Below, in pieces: positions 51,338 through 64,000 of a stretch of 64,000 nt of DNA. Position 1 is the first letter of the stretch, and each line of letters opens with the position of its first letter. Origin of the DNA: Mobula hypostoma (lineage: Eukaryota); contig NC_086109.1 of the NCBI RefSeq assembly GCF_963921235.1, positions 13,146,001 to 13,210,000 of the forward strand, in the 5' to 3' direction. Below the pieces are notes generated by a model that was not told the origin of the DNA, made no database searches, and was given only the letters and a program-made list of their open reading frames with translations. The position numbers and the translations under genes were made by a program.

Positions 51338-54300
51338 CTGCAAAGAGAGAGGTGCAGCTCAGACCCGGACTACAGGCACTTGAAGTTCCTCACAGCGGCT
51401 GGAGGAGCATGCACATTCCTCCAGGGAATAGGAGAGGGACGGAAGAGGGGGTTCAAACTCAGGAAGGTTTCTGGTCAAAGCAAATAAGGAGACTGCAACC
51501 CCCATGGCAGAAAGATAGAGGACCAGAGGAGAGGGTTAAAACTCATGACTCTCTCATGACTCTGAGGGAAATGAGGAAACAGTGTTTATGTGCTGCATGT
51601 CAAAGCAGTGGAAATAGAACTTTCAGAAGAGAAATGGATAAACACTTCATAAGGAGTATTTAGTAAGGTTACTAAGTATTTCCTAAGGTTAACCGGATAA
51701 AGTAAGGTGAACATGTTTGCCTTCATTGGCTGAGGTATGAGTTGAAACATGATGTTCCAGTTCAATTAAACATTGGTTAGACCACACTTGAAGTGTTGTG
51801 CGGTGATTTGTTTACCACCCTGCAGGAAGAAGGTGGTGACAATAGAGAGATTTCAGAAGAGATCCACCAGGATGTTTCCTGGAATGGAGGCCTAAGCTAT
51901 GAAGAGAGATTACGCAGGCTGGTTTATTCTCTCTGGAATGTAAGAGGCTGAGGTTCAACATCATAAAGGTTTATAAAATTATGGGGGGAGGGATAAAGCT
52001 AGATTCTTTATCCTAGGGCATACATTTAAGCAAAGAAGGGAGAAATTTAAAGTAAAACTGTGGTGAATCTGTGGAATTCATTGCCACGGACTGCTGTGGA
52101 GGCCAGATTGTTGATTATACTTAAAGCAGAGGTTGATAGGTTTGTGTTAGTAAGGGCATCAAAGGTTACGGGGAGAAGGCAGGAGAACAGAGTTGAGAGG
52201 GATAATAAATCAGTCATTATTCAATGATGGAGCAGACTCGGTGGACTAAATGGCTTAATTCAGTTCCTATGTGTTAAGGCCATCTGGAATGAGCTGCCAG
52301 AGGGAGGTAGTGGCGACAGATTCAAAAGGCATTTGGATGGGAACTTGGGATAGAAAAGGTGTCAAAGGACGTTTGCCTATGAGGCAAATGGGATTAGTGT
52401 GGATAGGTATGGATAAAATGGGACAAAAGGGAAAATTTCTGTGTTGATTCCATGAATAAGCTCCTTCTACATCAATCTGTGGTAGTAGGATTTTCATTTA
52501 CGTAGCACATTGCATGAACTGGGGAAATCACAAAGCACTTGTGTCCTTTTGAAGTGCAGTCATAATGAAGCAATCCTCAGCACAGTAATCATGCAGGAAG
52601 AGCAGTCAAGGAATGTCCAGATGATCTGTTTAATGCTGCTTTCTGGATGGACAAGAGACCTCTCCAGTGCTTCAATAAAATAGTGCCGTGTCCTGCAGGA
52701 GCAGACATTTTGGGTCTGAATTGAAAGACACACAGTGCTCTCCATGGGAGACTGTTGGCAGATGGCCAAGTGTCCAATGATCTAGTTCTGAGAGCCAGAG
52801 TTAGAGACACAGAGTCATACAGCATAAAAACAGGTCACTTACCTCATTTGGTCCACACTGGCCAAAACGCCCATCCATTTTAGTCCCGTTTGCCTGCATT
52901 GGGTAGGAAAGTGGAAGGCCTAGATACTTACTTATTCTAGTTAGAGATACTGTGCAACTAGGCCCTTCCAGCCCACTGAGCTGCACCATCCAGCAACTCG
53001 CCTATTTAACCCTAGCCTAACCACAGGACAATTTACAATAACCAATTCATTCAATAACCAGTACGTCTTTGGACTGTGGGAGGAAAATGGAGCACCCCAC
53101 GGGAAGGACGTGCAAAGCTTCTCAGAGAGGATGCTGGAATTGAACTCCCCAATGGCCCGAGCAGCAATAGCATCGCGCTAAATGCTACATGCTACTGTGG
53201 AGCCCACGGATTACCGTGCTGAAGGATTAACACGGTAAGTATTTAGAGCAGGAAGAGTGGGGCACGCCCGAGGACAGAAAAACATTTGCAATGTTGTATG
53301 TTGTCTCTGCATTCTGTGAAGCCCATTACACATTTATAAAGCCATTAAGCACAGCATGAGTTTTACAGGGATGTGGGCTAAACATGGGCAAATAGGACCA
53401 CCCTAGATAGGCATCTCAGTTGGCATGGACAAGTTGATCCAAAGAGCCTACTTCTGTGCTGTATGACTCCATGTATCTATGTTGGCCAAGCCAATTGGCT
53501 TAGTGCTGCATAGTACTCATATATTCAATGACAGGAGATCTGAACATTGAGCAGTCAAGCAGGGGAAGACAAAAAGAACCTTTTATATTTGTTCTGATCT
53601 TTGTTTGGATTCTACGGTATCTCCATCCATGAACTCTTGGAACCTTCTAGAAGGATGGGGAGTCCAGATCATCGGAAGGATAACAGTTTTTGAAATATTA
53701 GGAAACTGAGGTGTCTCTGAGAACACTTGAAAATTTCTACAGATATACTGTACCATGGAGAGCATTCTAACTGGCGGCATTACAATCTGACATGGGGGTG
53801 GGGGGTGGGGGGAGTGCGACTGCACAGGATCAAAGTAACCTGCAGAGAGTTGTAAACCGAGTCAGCTCCACCATGGGCAATAGCCTGCATAGCATCCAGG
53901 GTATCTTCAAGGAGTGATGTCTCAAAAAGGTGGCGTCCATCATTAAGGACCTCCATCATTAAGGACCCCCATCACCGAGGTCATGCACTCTTCTCAAAGT
54001 TACCATCAGGAAGGAGGCACAGAAGCCTGAAGGCACACACTCAACAATTCAGGAACAGCTTCTTCCCCTCTGCCACCTGATCTCTGAATCGCCGTTAAAC
54101 CCATGAACACTACCTTTCTAATTTTTTATTTCTATTTTTGCACTACTTATTTAACTATTTTATATAAACTTACTGCAATTCACATTTTTTCTCTATTATG
54201 TATTGCATTGTACTGCTGCTGCAAAATCAGCAAGTTTCATGACATATACCGGTGATATTAAACCCTATTCTGATTCTGACTAGCAGAGAGGAGCAGATAG

Positions 54301-54483
54301 GGTCTGGGGCAGATCCGTCTTAATCATACTGAATGGCAGAACAGGCTTGATGGGCTAAATGGCTTACTCCTGCTCTTTTTCTATTGTATTCTTGTGGTTG
54401 ACAGACTTCCAGTCCATTGTCTACAGTTTCCAGGATGCTGTACCCAAAGGGACCATAAAGCTGATGTACTACATGTGTCAATA

Positions 54484-55039
54484 CAGTACTGTGCAAAAGT
54501 CTTAGGCGGATATATATAACTAGGGTGCCTAAGACTTTTGCACAGTACTGTAGTAATTTATGTATTGCACTGTTCTGCTGCCACCAAAAAAAAAACAAAT
54601 TTCATGACATACGTGAGAAATGATAAACCTGATTCTGATATGAATCTCTATTGTGGACCGAGAGTGGGATGGGGGCAGGCAGAGGAAATCAAGGTTTGAA
54701 AAAGGGGAAAGGAGAGGGGAGGGAGCAGGAAGCATTAAAGAGAGATACTGTAATAATCAATAAACCAATTGTTTGGAATCAAATGGCCTTGGTTGGTGTT
54801 TCAGGGCTGGGTGTATCTGCAGCACCCAGCCCTGAATCACCCTGCTGATGGCACTCCTTCTCTGCCACCTGCCCCACACCTCTCCCACAGCGCTAAATCA
54901 TTGCCATTCCCAGCATCCTTCAGATTTACAAACTCGCGCTCCGCTCCACATTGACAAATATACAATACTGTGCAAAAGTCTTGGGCACCCTGGTTTTATA
55001 TATATATATATATATATGCCTAAGACTTGCACAGTACTG
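54484..55039. mobile_element. Tc1-like composite MITE with palindromic ends
   Basis: TA|cagtactgtgcaaaagtctt...aagacttgcacagtactg|TA. Each end is itself a 70-80-bp palindrome. A related partial copy lies at about 49143-49500. Confidence 0.65.
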
Positions 55040-55542
55040 TATAGCCAGGGGATAAATGTAAATGCAAGCATTTCAAAGGCTTAATTCAGAATCTAACAAA
55101 ATTACTAGCTAATGGTGTTGACATAAGCTGAACAAATAAAGACAGGAATTCAGGCATGCGAAACCTTGTACTGACTAGAGGTGTGTCAAATCCTGTCCAA
55201 ACAAGACTGCTTATCTTCCTTCACAAAAAAACAATTTGTAATGAATATACATAAAAAAACAGAATATTTCATCAGACCGATGAGGGAGCGGTTGTGGAGC
55301 TGTGAGTGTGACTGATCAACAAATGACCGGGGTTGTTTCCCCAGAGGAAAGGGTGCAGGGACTGACAGGTGGAATTCCTTAACTTAGGGCCTAGGATGAT
55401 GGTGGTGACATGACTCCTTAGTGGAGGAGAGCAGGTGAAACTTCAGGGGTGTAGAGGAGATTGGGTTAAGAGTAATATCATGAGAGATTTAAACACTACA
55501 AGGAGACTGAGATTAAAGAGGAGAGAGGTGTCCTTTGAGATA

Positions 55543-56045
55543 AGTTCAAAGTAAATTTATAATCAAAGTACTTATATGTCACCATATACAACCCTGAGAT
55601 TCATTTTCATGGGTGCATACTCAATAAATCCAATAACCGTAATAGAATCAATGAAGCCCGCACCAACAGGGCAGACAGCCAGTGTGCAAATGACAACAAA
55701 CTGTGCAAATACAAAAAGAAATAAAAATAATAATAAATAAATAAGTAATAAATGTCGGGAACATGAGATGATGAGTCCTTGAAAGTGAGTCCACAGGTTG
55801 TGGGAAAAGTTTTAGGTGAAGTTATCCCCTCCGGTTCGAGAGCCTGATGGTTGAGGGGTAGTAACTGTTCCTGAACCTGGTGGTGCAAGTCCTGAAGCTC
55901 CTGTATCTTCTTCCACATGGCAGTAGTGAGAGCAGAGCACGACCTGGGTGGTGGGGGTCTCTGACGACTGATGCTGCTTTCCTGTGACAGCACTCAATGG
56001 AGGGGAGGAGTTTACCTGTGATGGACTGGGCCATATCCACTATTA
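55543..56045 (-). mobile_element. Older Rex/Babar-like 3' fragment
   Basis: C-terminal peptide HPGRALLSLLPCGRRYRSFRTCTTRFRNSYYP and an aataaatttactttgaactt tail. Related fragments lie at about 7575-8170, 8990-9335, 39615-40160, 40645-41120, 53735-54280, 58956-59298 and 60950-61370. Confidence 0.7.
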
Positions 56046-56774
56046 AAAAGACAGAGAATTGACACTCAAGTGTTCTTATGCTCAATGGAGTTTGATGGGT
56101 CCAGGAAAATGGTTTGGAAAAAAGGTGCAGTTAAGTAGCATCTTTCACCAGGTTCCAAAACACTGACAGCCAAGATGGTGTAACCACTATTACAGTGAAA
56201 AAGACTTGCTTAGGGCATTCTCACAAAGTGCCTACAACTAGATGGTCTGTATTGGTGATACAGACTGTGGAATAATTATTGGACAGGACCCCACAAAGAA
56301 CTCCAGTATTCTCATTCAGAGTACTATCACTGGACCCCTTTTGGGTCCACCTAACAGACAGGCATCCTCCAACTACTGAATTTCTGATTGTGCAGCTTTC
56401 CTTCAGAATGGCAATGAAGCACTGGCTGAGAATTCTGTACTCAAAACAATGGGTAGAACTTGAATTTTCATGCATTTCCTGCTTGGTTGATACTTACCAC
56501 TTGTTTCAGGTGGGAGAGGCATAGGGGCAGTGGGAATAAGAGAGAAATGAAGGAAATAGAGCATTAGGGAGCTATGGAGAATTAGAGAGGGGGCAAGCAA
56601 CAGTTTAGGGCATTAGCACGATGCAAAAATAGTCTGGGAGGGAAGTAAATGAATAATCTCTGACAATGACAGACAAAGAAGGTCATGACATCACACTTAA
56701 TCACATTACCAAAGTCAGTAAGTTCTCTGGCACAATATGCTGATTTATATTCCAATCACTATATATGCTATAAA

Positions 56775-57160
56775 ATCAGTCGCTCCGGGCAGATGGGGCT
56801 CATCAGCTGTGGTTGGCAGCTCATCTAGGAGAAGGAAAACTCTGATCTCAAACCTCCGCTGCCTTGTGGCTATGCCCACTCATGGGGAAGACTTCAGAAG
56901 TAAACGCTGAGGGAAAAATCCGGATCTGGAGTCCCTAAGGCAGTCCTACGTTGAGTTCAATGCTGACTGGCAACTCCTGCAATGCTGCTGGTACCAAACT
57001 GTATCGGTCTCTGCCATTCCTTTGGGGTCATCAGTTGCGTGGAGAGGGGGAGCTTGTTACATGGGCAACAGCTTGCTCCCCATATCGTACTGCCCAGGCT
57101 TGCATATCCAAACAGCTAGGACGCATTATTCGTGGTCAACTCTGACCAACGGAGGCCTCA
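56775..57160. repeat. Dispersed repeat of unknown class
   Basis: Collinear similarity with about 8595-8940 (aaacctccgctgcct...ggagtccctaaggcagt...). Confidence 0.6.
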
Positions 57161-58013
57161 GATATACATTTTTGACGATCAATAGAATCCAAATCGTGAG
57201 TGGTTCGGTTCAGAAAAGGTTTGGATAATTTAAGTGACGCATTAGATGGACTAGAGTCCTTTATTCTGCAAAATGCCGGCATCTAAAGTATTCATTCTTG
57301 TGATTAAATCCAGCCTGGCCTCCTGACCAAGTTTCTGTAACCTCTCTAGTCTAGCATCTACCCAAAGCAAAACATTATTATGCTGAGCATGCAAATAAAA
57401 ACAACTAGAAAACACTGGAAAGACTCTGCAGATCAGGCAGCATCTGTGGAGGGAGAATCAGGCATTGAATCTTTGAGTTTATCTCTGCCTCCACAAATAG
57501 CATCTGACCTGCTGAATGTTTACAACATTCTCTTCTTTTATTTCAATTAAAACCTGAACTCTACATTTTTTGGACTCGTATTTCTTCTCTCCTGGTGCTG
57601 GGTTTCATCTTTCAAGGACCTATAATTTGATAATCTCTCTCCAACTCCTCCGCCTCTTCATTTATCCCTCTTGTAATAAGAGACCGGATTAATTATCTCA
57701 TTATTTTCAGATGAAAGCAAGTTTACCTGCATCAGAGGGCAGAACATATTTACACATTACTTTAAAGGTATTCAATTCTTTTTCTTATATTTTCACACTC
57801 CATCTCCCAAAGTTCCATTTGTCTATCATCCATATACCTATCTAAGTGTCTCTTAAATGTCCCTGATGTACCTACCTTTGCCACCACACCTGGCTGCATT
57901 TTCTATGCAGCCACCTTTCCCTATGTAAAAAGTATCTCTGACACATCCCCCTTATACTTTCCTCCAACCACCGTAAAATTATGCCCCACCCCTCGGGATG
58001 TCAGCATCCGTAC

Positions 58014-58176
58014 CTGGTCTACCTCAGCCTGGAGATCAGCCACTTGTTTCTCCTTGTTTTTTAGCTCTGCCGCGAGTTCCTTCTCCCTTTCCCTGGAGAC
58101 CTCAGCACCTCTCCCTGCGTGACGACAGCTGCAGTTGTAAGACAGTAATCGCTGTAATGTGCTACTGGGACTCCTA
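58014..58176 (-). CDS. Unrecognised coiled-coil protein gene, exon C (163 bp)
   Basis: ctcactttcag|T...GACCAG|gtacgg. Encodes DRSPSSTLQRLLSYNCSCRHAGRGAEVSREREKELAAELKNKEKQVADLQAEVDQ; phase 2 to 0. Confidence 0.82.
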
Positions 58177-59298
58177 CTGAAAGTGAGATGAATGCAACAT
58201 TAATCCCAAGGAGATAGCCTTCAAATCTGCCAGATCCCCATGCAGCATGGATTTGGGAATGTAATTAAAATGAAGTTAGAAATTAATAGGATACTAATAA
58301 AGTCTTAAATAAATTTATATTTCTTTGACAGCTTAATCATATTATGATGTCCCAAAGGGTTTTAATGCTCAACTATATTGAAATGTAACACAATTATAAT
58401 AAGGTAGCACAGCAAGATTCTGCAAAGAGCAATGAACTTTACGAGCAGATAATCTGCTTGCTGTGATATTGATTTTTTCCGGGTAATTGTTGTGTACATA
58501 CCAAGAACATCCCTGCTCTTTGAGGAATGCAAATCATTTAACACAAGAGATTCTGCAGATGCTGGAAATCCAGAGCAACACACACCAAAATGCTGGAGGA
58601 ACTCACCAGGTCAGAGGAATAAAGAGTCGATGCCTTGGGGCAAGATCTCAGCCCAAAACGTCAACTCTTTATTCCTTTATGCCTGACCTGCTGAGTTCCT
58701 CCAGCACTTTGTGTCTGTCTTTGAAGAATACACTTTCACTTGGCAACAGAAGAATTTTATTCTTTCCTGAGCTCTAGCCAGCTTTTGATTCAGTTTGCCA
58801 AACAAAACAATAGTAAATAGAGCAGACTCATTCCATCAAGTATACATTTGTAATGTTTCTTATAATGAGCCTGACGTATTCAACTTTTGAGTTGAGAGCT
58901 TCTTCAGATTGATTGGCACTGTCTTACAATTGTGATGTGATGGACAGAGTTAGGAAAGTTCAAATTAAATTTATTATCTAAGTACATATGTGCCATCATA
59001 TACTATCCTGGCATTCATTTTCTTGCAGAAATAAAGAAATATACAATAGAATCAATGAAAAACTACACATAAAGACTGACAAACAACCAACATGCAAAAG
59101 AAGACAAACCGTGCAAATAAGGTAAACGAAGTAAATAAATAATACTGAGAACATGAGTTTTAGAATCCTAGAAAGTGAGTCCATACTTTGTGGAATCAGT
59201 TCCGAGTTAAGATAAATGAAGTTATTCACACTGGTTCAGGAATCTGATGGTTGTAGGGTAATAACTGTTCTTGAACCTAGTGATGTGCGACCTAAGGT

Positions 59299-59698
59299 TC
59301 ATAGAACATAGAACATAGAATAGTACAGCACAGTACAGGCCCTTCCGCCCACAATGTTGTGCCAACCCTCAGACCCTGCCTCCCATATAAGCCCCCACCT
59401 TAAATTCCTCCATATACCTGTCTAGTAATCTCTTAAACTTCACTAGTGTATCTGCTCCACCACTGACTCAGGCAGTGCATTCCACGCACCAACCACTCTC
59501 TGAGTAAAAAACCTTCCTCTAATATCCCCCTTGAACTTCCCACCCCTTACCTTAAAGCCACGTCCTCTTGTACTGAGCAGTGGTGCCCTAGGGAAGAGGC
59601 ACTGGCTATCCACTCTATCTATTCCTCTTATTATCTTGTACACCTCTATCATGTCTCCTCTCATCCTCCTTCTCTCCAAAGAGTAAAGCCCTAGCTCC
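59299..59698 (-). mobile_element. CR1 LINE 3' end, near-identical to 38815-39206
   Basis: Peptide ERRRMRGDMIEVYKI... with a (ttctatg)n tail. Confidence 0.88.
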
Positions 59699-60633
59699 CA
59701 ATGATAGCAAGGAGGTATCGAGACTTAGGTCTTGGAGTTTAGGGATTAAGTAACATTAATGATAGATTATTTGAGGACTGACTTATTTTACAGCAGAAAA
59801 CGCACATTGAAGCTTTAAATGGGACACCACTGAAGCAGGAGACATCAGTGACCATGGTCTGCATAAGAATTTAACAGGTGGCACTGGGCAGAGAGGTGAG
59901 GAGCTGTTTGACCTAAATGGAATATTATCCTGCAGCAGCACTTAGGAGTCATCCTGCCTCACATCATCTCCACGGGAGATAAATGTTGGGAATTAAGTAT
60001 CTACAGCAGACCAGACAATGGATTCACATTGCGACAGGAGGGCAAGAATATAAAAGCAAGGATGTAATGGTAAGGCTTTACAAGGCAGTGAGGCCTCACT
60101 TGAAGTATTATGAGCAGCTTTGGGCCCCTTATCTTAGAAGGAATGTGCTGAAAATGAAGAGGATTCAAAGCAGTCTACAGAAACCTACTAAATTCCTGTG
60201 CAGTCCAGTACAGGTGGGGAAAGAGGGGCAGAAGGGCCTATTTCTATGCTCTTTGACTAACACCTAGTCACTACAAAAATGCAAAGTTCTTCAATGCTAG
60301 CAATCACATGAAAGTTTATTCATCTGTTTCAAGATTTGACTTAACCATGGACTGAAACCTGACTCTGCGAAGGATTGGATAAGGTACATTGGAGGCAGAG
60401 AAGGTGACAGAGCGGGGCTCTGGGGTGCAAGGACTGGATCAAGTGCTGGGGCCCCCACCACAAAGTCAGATCCAGCATTAGCACCCAAAGTGTTGGTGCA
60501 ATGTTATTGCAAGCACGAAAGGCCAGTAGATCAGGACTAGTTTTGTGGTCCCCATTTAGTCTGTAGGGCATAGTGGAGAAAAATCAGGACACAGTCCTTT
60601 CCTTGGGGTTTTATCTGTGAGAATCTTACTTAC

Positions 60634-60757
60634 TCTCCGCTGCTGCAGGCATCTTCATTCAATGTCAACACCTGGCTTTGCTGGTCCGGTGAACCTCCCT
60701 CCTCCTCCTCGTCAGAAGCTGCCCGGCCCTCCACCGCCCTCAGTAACCGCTCCTCAT
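60634..60757 (-). CDS. Unrecognised coiled-coil protein gene, exon B (124 bp)
   Basis: ctcttcctacag|AT...GGAGA|gtaagt. Encodes DEERLLRAVEGRAASDEEEEGGSPDQQSQVLTLNEDACSSG; phase 1 to 2. Confidence 0.82.
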
Positions 60758-61705
60758 CTGTAGGAAGAGCAGGATTGGCTGAAGGCTTTCCTGCAACCCA
60801 GTCTGACGTGGCCCCACACCGGAATTATCTCAATGGAAATAAATCCCTGCAGTAATTCTCAGAACTGATGGCAAAATGATAAGCTGCACTATCTCCCTGC
60901 GTAGATTTGTTGCCAAACATTGCATGACTCTGAACAGTCTCTGATAACTACTGAGGTTGTAAACTCAGCCAGCCCCATCATGGGCACTAACCTCCCCACC
61001 ATCAAGGACATCATCAAAAGACAATGCCTCAAATAGTTAGCAAGCACCTCAGGACCCTCATCATCAGGGACATGCCTTCTTCTCATTACTACCATCAAGG
61101 AGAAGGTACAGGAGACCGAAGACACACACGTCAACGTTTTAGGAAAACACTTCGTCCCCATCGCCATCAGATTTCTGAATGGACCATGAACACTAACTCA
61201 CTATTCTCCTCCCTTTTTGCATCATTTATTGCACCATTTATTTATATTCTACATTTCTCATTGTAACTTAGAGTATTGATTTTAATTTTTGTACTTTGCA
61301 CTGTACCACTGCCACAAAGTTACCACATTTCACCACATATGTTGGAGATCAACCTGAATCTAATTCTGAGGATTTGCCATTGACAGCATTGGATCTGCAT
61401 CATCCTCCAATCCAGTGTAAATCTGACAGTATCACCCTAGAGTGGATGCACGTTCTGCCAGAAGTGCAACTTCCTCCAATTAAAATTGTATTTGCAGGGA
61501 CATACAACAACTATTTTTCACATTCTGTTAGGAGTCAGTAAGAACCACTATTAAACTTGATAATCCAATGAGCGAGATCATTCCATTTGCTATAAACTCG
61601 AGAGTGACTGTGGTTTAATTCCTTCCGTATTGCGTACCCAAAGATTTACTCAAAGTTGTTTTTGATTAGTTTGTCGCAGAGACAGCTTTTCCTCCTCGAT
61701 ATTAC

Positions 61706-61890
61706 CTTCATTACAGGGAGAAGGCCTCATCTGCTCTCCACCGTAACTCCCGGCCTCTGGAGTTGATTCTGCTTTCCCGGTCGGAGATCTCCGCACTTGT
61801 TGCTGGCAGGGACTCCTGGCACAGTGCTTCTGGATGAGCTGTGAGCGGTTCAGCAGGGCAGAGGCCACTGTGCTCTGACTTCCTTGTGAT
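61706..61890 (-). CDS. Unrecognised coiled-coil protein gene, internal exon A (185 bp)
   Basis: Acceptor ttttttaattaag|A and donor GAAG|gtaata. Encodes SQGSQSTVASALLNRSQLIQKH...PSPCNE; the phase-1 end joins exon B in frame. Confidence 0.65.
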
Positions 61891-62431
61891 CTTAATTAAA
61901 AAAGAAAGGCGCTGTCAGTAATGGCTTGGAGATTGAATATGCAAGTATTAATTTGATATGAGTCCCTTTTATGATACCACCCAGGTCTACACAGAGCATC
62001 TAGTAAGGACCCTCGCTCCACAGCAGAGATGTCTATTGGCAGAGGACAAATCTGAGGTGAAAAGTAAGATGTTTAGAGGGGATCTGAGGAAGAACATTTT
62101 TGCTCAGAGAATGGTCAAAGTCTAGAACACACCATGGAGAAAGATTTTCTCACAACTTTTAAGAAGCATCTAGTCGAGTGCTTAAATTACTGAACAATAG
62201 TTGACTAAGGACCAAATAAATGGGATTAGTATAGATAAGTGCTTGCTGGTTGGCACAGACACAGTGGGGTCAAAGTGTCTGCTTCTGTGCTATATGACTC
62301 TGTGACTCTAACATTTACTCAGCTTAGTGATGAACTGTGGCTGTTGCCTGCTCCAGCTGCAATGATGTCTGGCTTCATAAAACTCCAGCTCTGAAAGCTA
62401 CTTGCTTACATTTATTGTTGGCAGAATTTCT

Positions 62432-62474
<43 letters not shown>

Positions 62475-63110
62475 ATTGGGTGTTTGACAGTCTTCATTTT
62501 AATGAGTTCTTTTGAGGATTCTTTGCCTTGTGGCTGCCTGCAAGGTGACGAATCTCAAGGTTGTATAATGTACACACACTTTGATAACTGTACTTTGAAC
62601 TTCGAATATTCAGCCCAAAGATACTCTTCACTATGTTATGTGACTTTGCCATGGTACTAAATGGAATTCATTCAGAATAACTCCAACTACTTGGAACTGG
62701 GCATTCAAAAGATACCAATGGGGCATATGCAGTGGTGGAAAAAGAACATAAATAGCAACAGGATTAAACCATTTCACCCTCTGCCATTCAATAAAATCCT
62801 TGCCAACCTAACTTGTCACATTTTACCTGCCCTCCCCCCGCCGCCATGTCCCTTGATTCCTCCAATAGCTGTTGACCTTAGTTTTGAGGGAAATTAGTAA
62901 CTGAGCCGTCTTGACTATTCACAACAGAGAATTCCAGAGGTTCATCACCCTTGGAGTGAAGGAAATTGTTCTAATGTAATTACCAAGTCAGAGGACCAAA
63001 TGACCTATGATGAGCTCAGTGATGAGTGTGAAAAGGTGCTTTGCTGGATTCAGCATCAGGCCCACCTAAAATTAATGCAACATTTTGGTAAAACCACTAC
63101 AAAGATTCAC

Positions 63111-63770
63111 TTATACTTTATACTTTATAGTCGCCAAACAATTGATACTAGAGCGTACAATCATCACAGCGATATTTGATTCTGCGCTTCACACTCCCTG
63201 GAGTACAAATCGATAGTAAATATTAAAAATTTAAATTATAAATCATATATAGAAAGTAGAAAAGGGAAAGTAAGGTAGTGCAAAAAAAACTGAGATGCAG
63301 GTCTGGATATTTGGAGGGTACGGCCTAGATCCGGGTCAGGATCCATTCAGCAGTCTTACCACAGTTGGAAAGAAGCTGTTCCCAAATCTGGCCGTACGAG
63401 TCTTCAAGCTCCTGAGCCTTCTCCCGGAGGGAAAAGGGACGAAAAGTGTGTTGGCTGGGTGGGTCGTGTCCTTGATTATCCTGGCAGCACTGATCCAACA
63501 GCGTGCGGTGTAAAGTGAGTCCAAGGACGGAAGATTGGTTTGTGTGATGTGCTGCACCGTGTTCACGATCTTCTGCAGCTTCTTCCGGTCTTGGACAGGA
63601 CAACTTCCACACCAGGTTGTGATGCACCCTAGAAGAATGCTTTCTACAGTGTATCTATAAAAATTAGTGATGGTTTTAGGGGACAGGCCAAATTTCTTTA
63701 GCTTTCTCAGGAAGTAAAGGCACTGGTGGGCACTTCTTGGCAGTGGGCTCTGCTAGGTTGGACCAAGTCA
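63111..63770 (-). mobile_element. Rex1/Babar 3' fragment, same family as 19330-21326
   Basis: Near-identical to about 20660-21326 in reverse orientation, with an (ataaagt)n tail. Confidence 0.85.
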
Positions 63771-64000
63771 GTACTCTAAAACCAGTATGAACTGGACAAA
63801 CACAAGTAATCTGACCACAGTGGATCAAATTAGACAGTCCAACCACAGCCATTCGTGGTTGTAGATAATTAGAGTTAAAAGAAAAGAACAGGATGCCCCA
63901 AGGTACAGAAGAGGCAATAGGACCAGACAACATCCCAGCTTTAGTACTTTAAGACTTGTGCTCCAAAAACACCCAGTCCTCTCATCAAACTGCTGCTCCA

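Noticed and set aside
51235..51663. 142-aa plus-strand ORF
   Set aside because: Antisense to exon D, non-ATG start, and no recognisable features.
62328..62390. Possible further upstream exon of the coiled-coil gene (ctttcag|AGCTGGAG...)
   Set aside because: The donor is weak and its phase does not match the 61890 acceptor. It cannot be supported without RNA data.

Overview
Repeat-rich vertebrate genomic DNA. The repeat set (V-SINEs, CR1, Rex/Babar, Penelope) suggests a cartilaginous fish, but that is an inference. Two spliced genes lie on the minus strand. (1) The 5' end of GNAT2, cone transducin alpha: coding exon 1 at 34392-34275 and exon 2 at 746-704, separated by a 33.5-kb intron. Upstream are an inverted pair of CRX/OTX-type sites and a foldback Tc1 derivative about 300 bp before the ATG. 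(2) The last six coding exons (61890 to 48691) of a coiled-coil protein gene I do not recognise; all splice phases are consistent and it ends in ...NSLVITC*. Most of the rest is transposon sequence: CR1, Rex1/Babar, HERO-like and Tx1 fragments, a decayed hAT-Buster element, hAT and Tc1 MITEs, SINEs and possible solo LTRs. The most striking repeat pattern is a Penelope-derived family of inverted (tail-out) insertions from about 170 bp to 2.7 kb. They have about 15-16-bp target duplications and carry a minimal hammerhead ribozyme motif. Most ORFs in the supplied track are repeat-derived or spurious. Repeat boundaries without TSD support are approximate.
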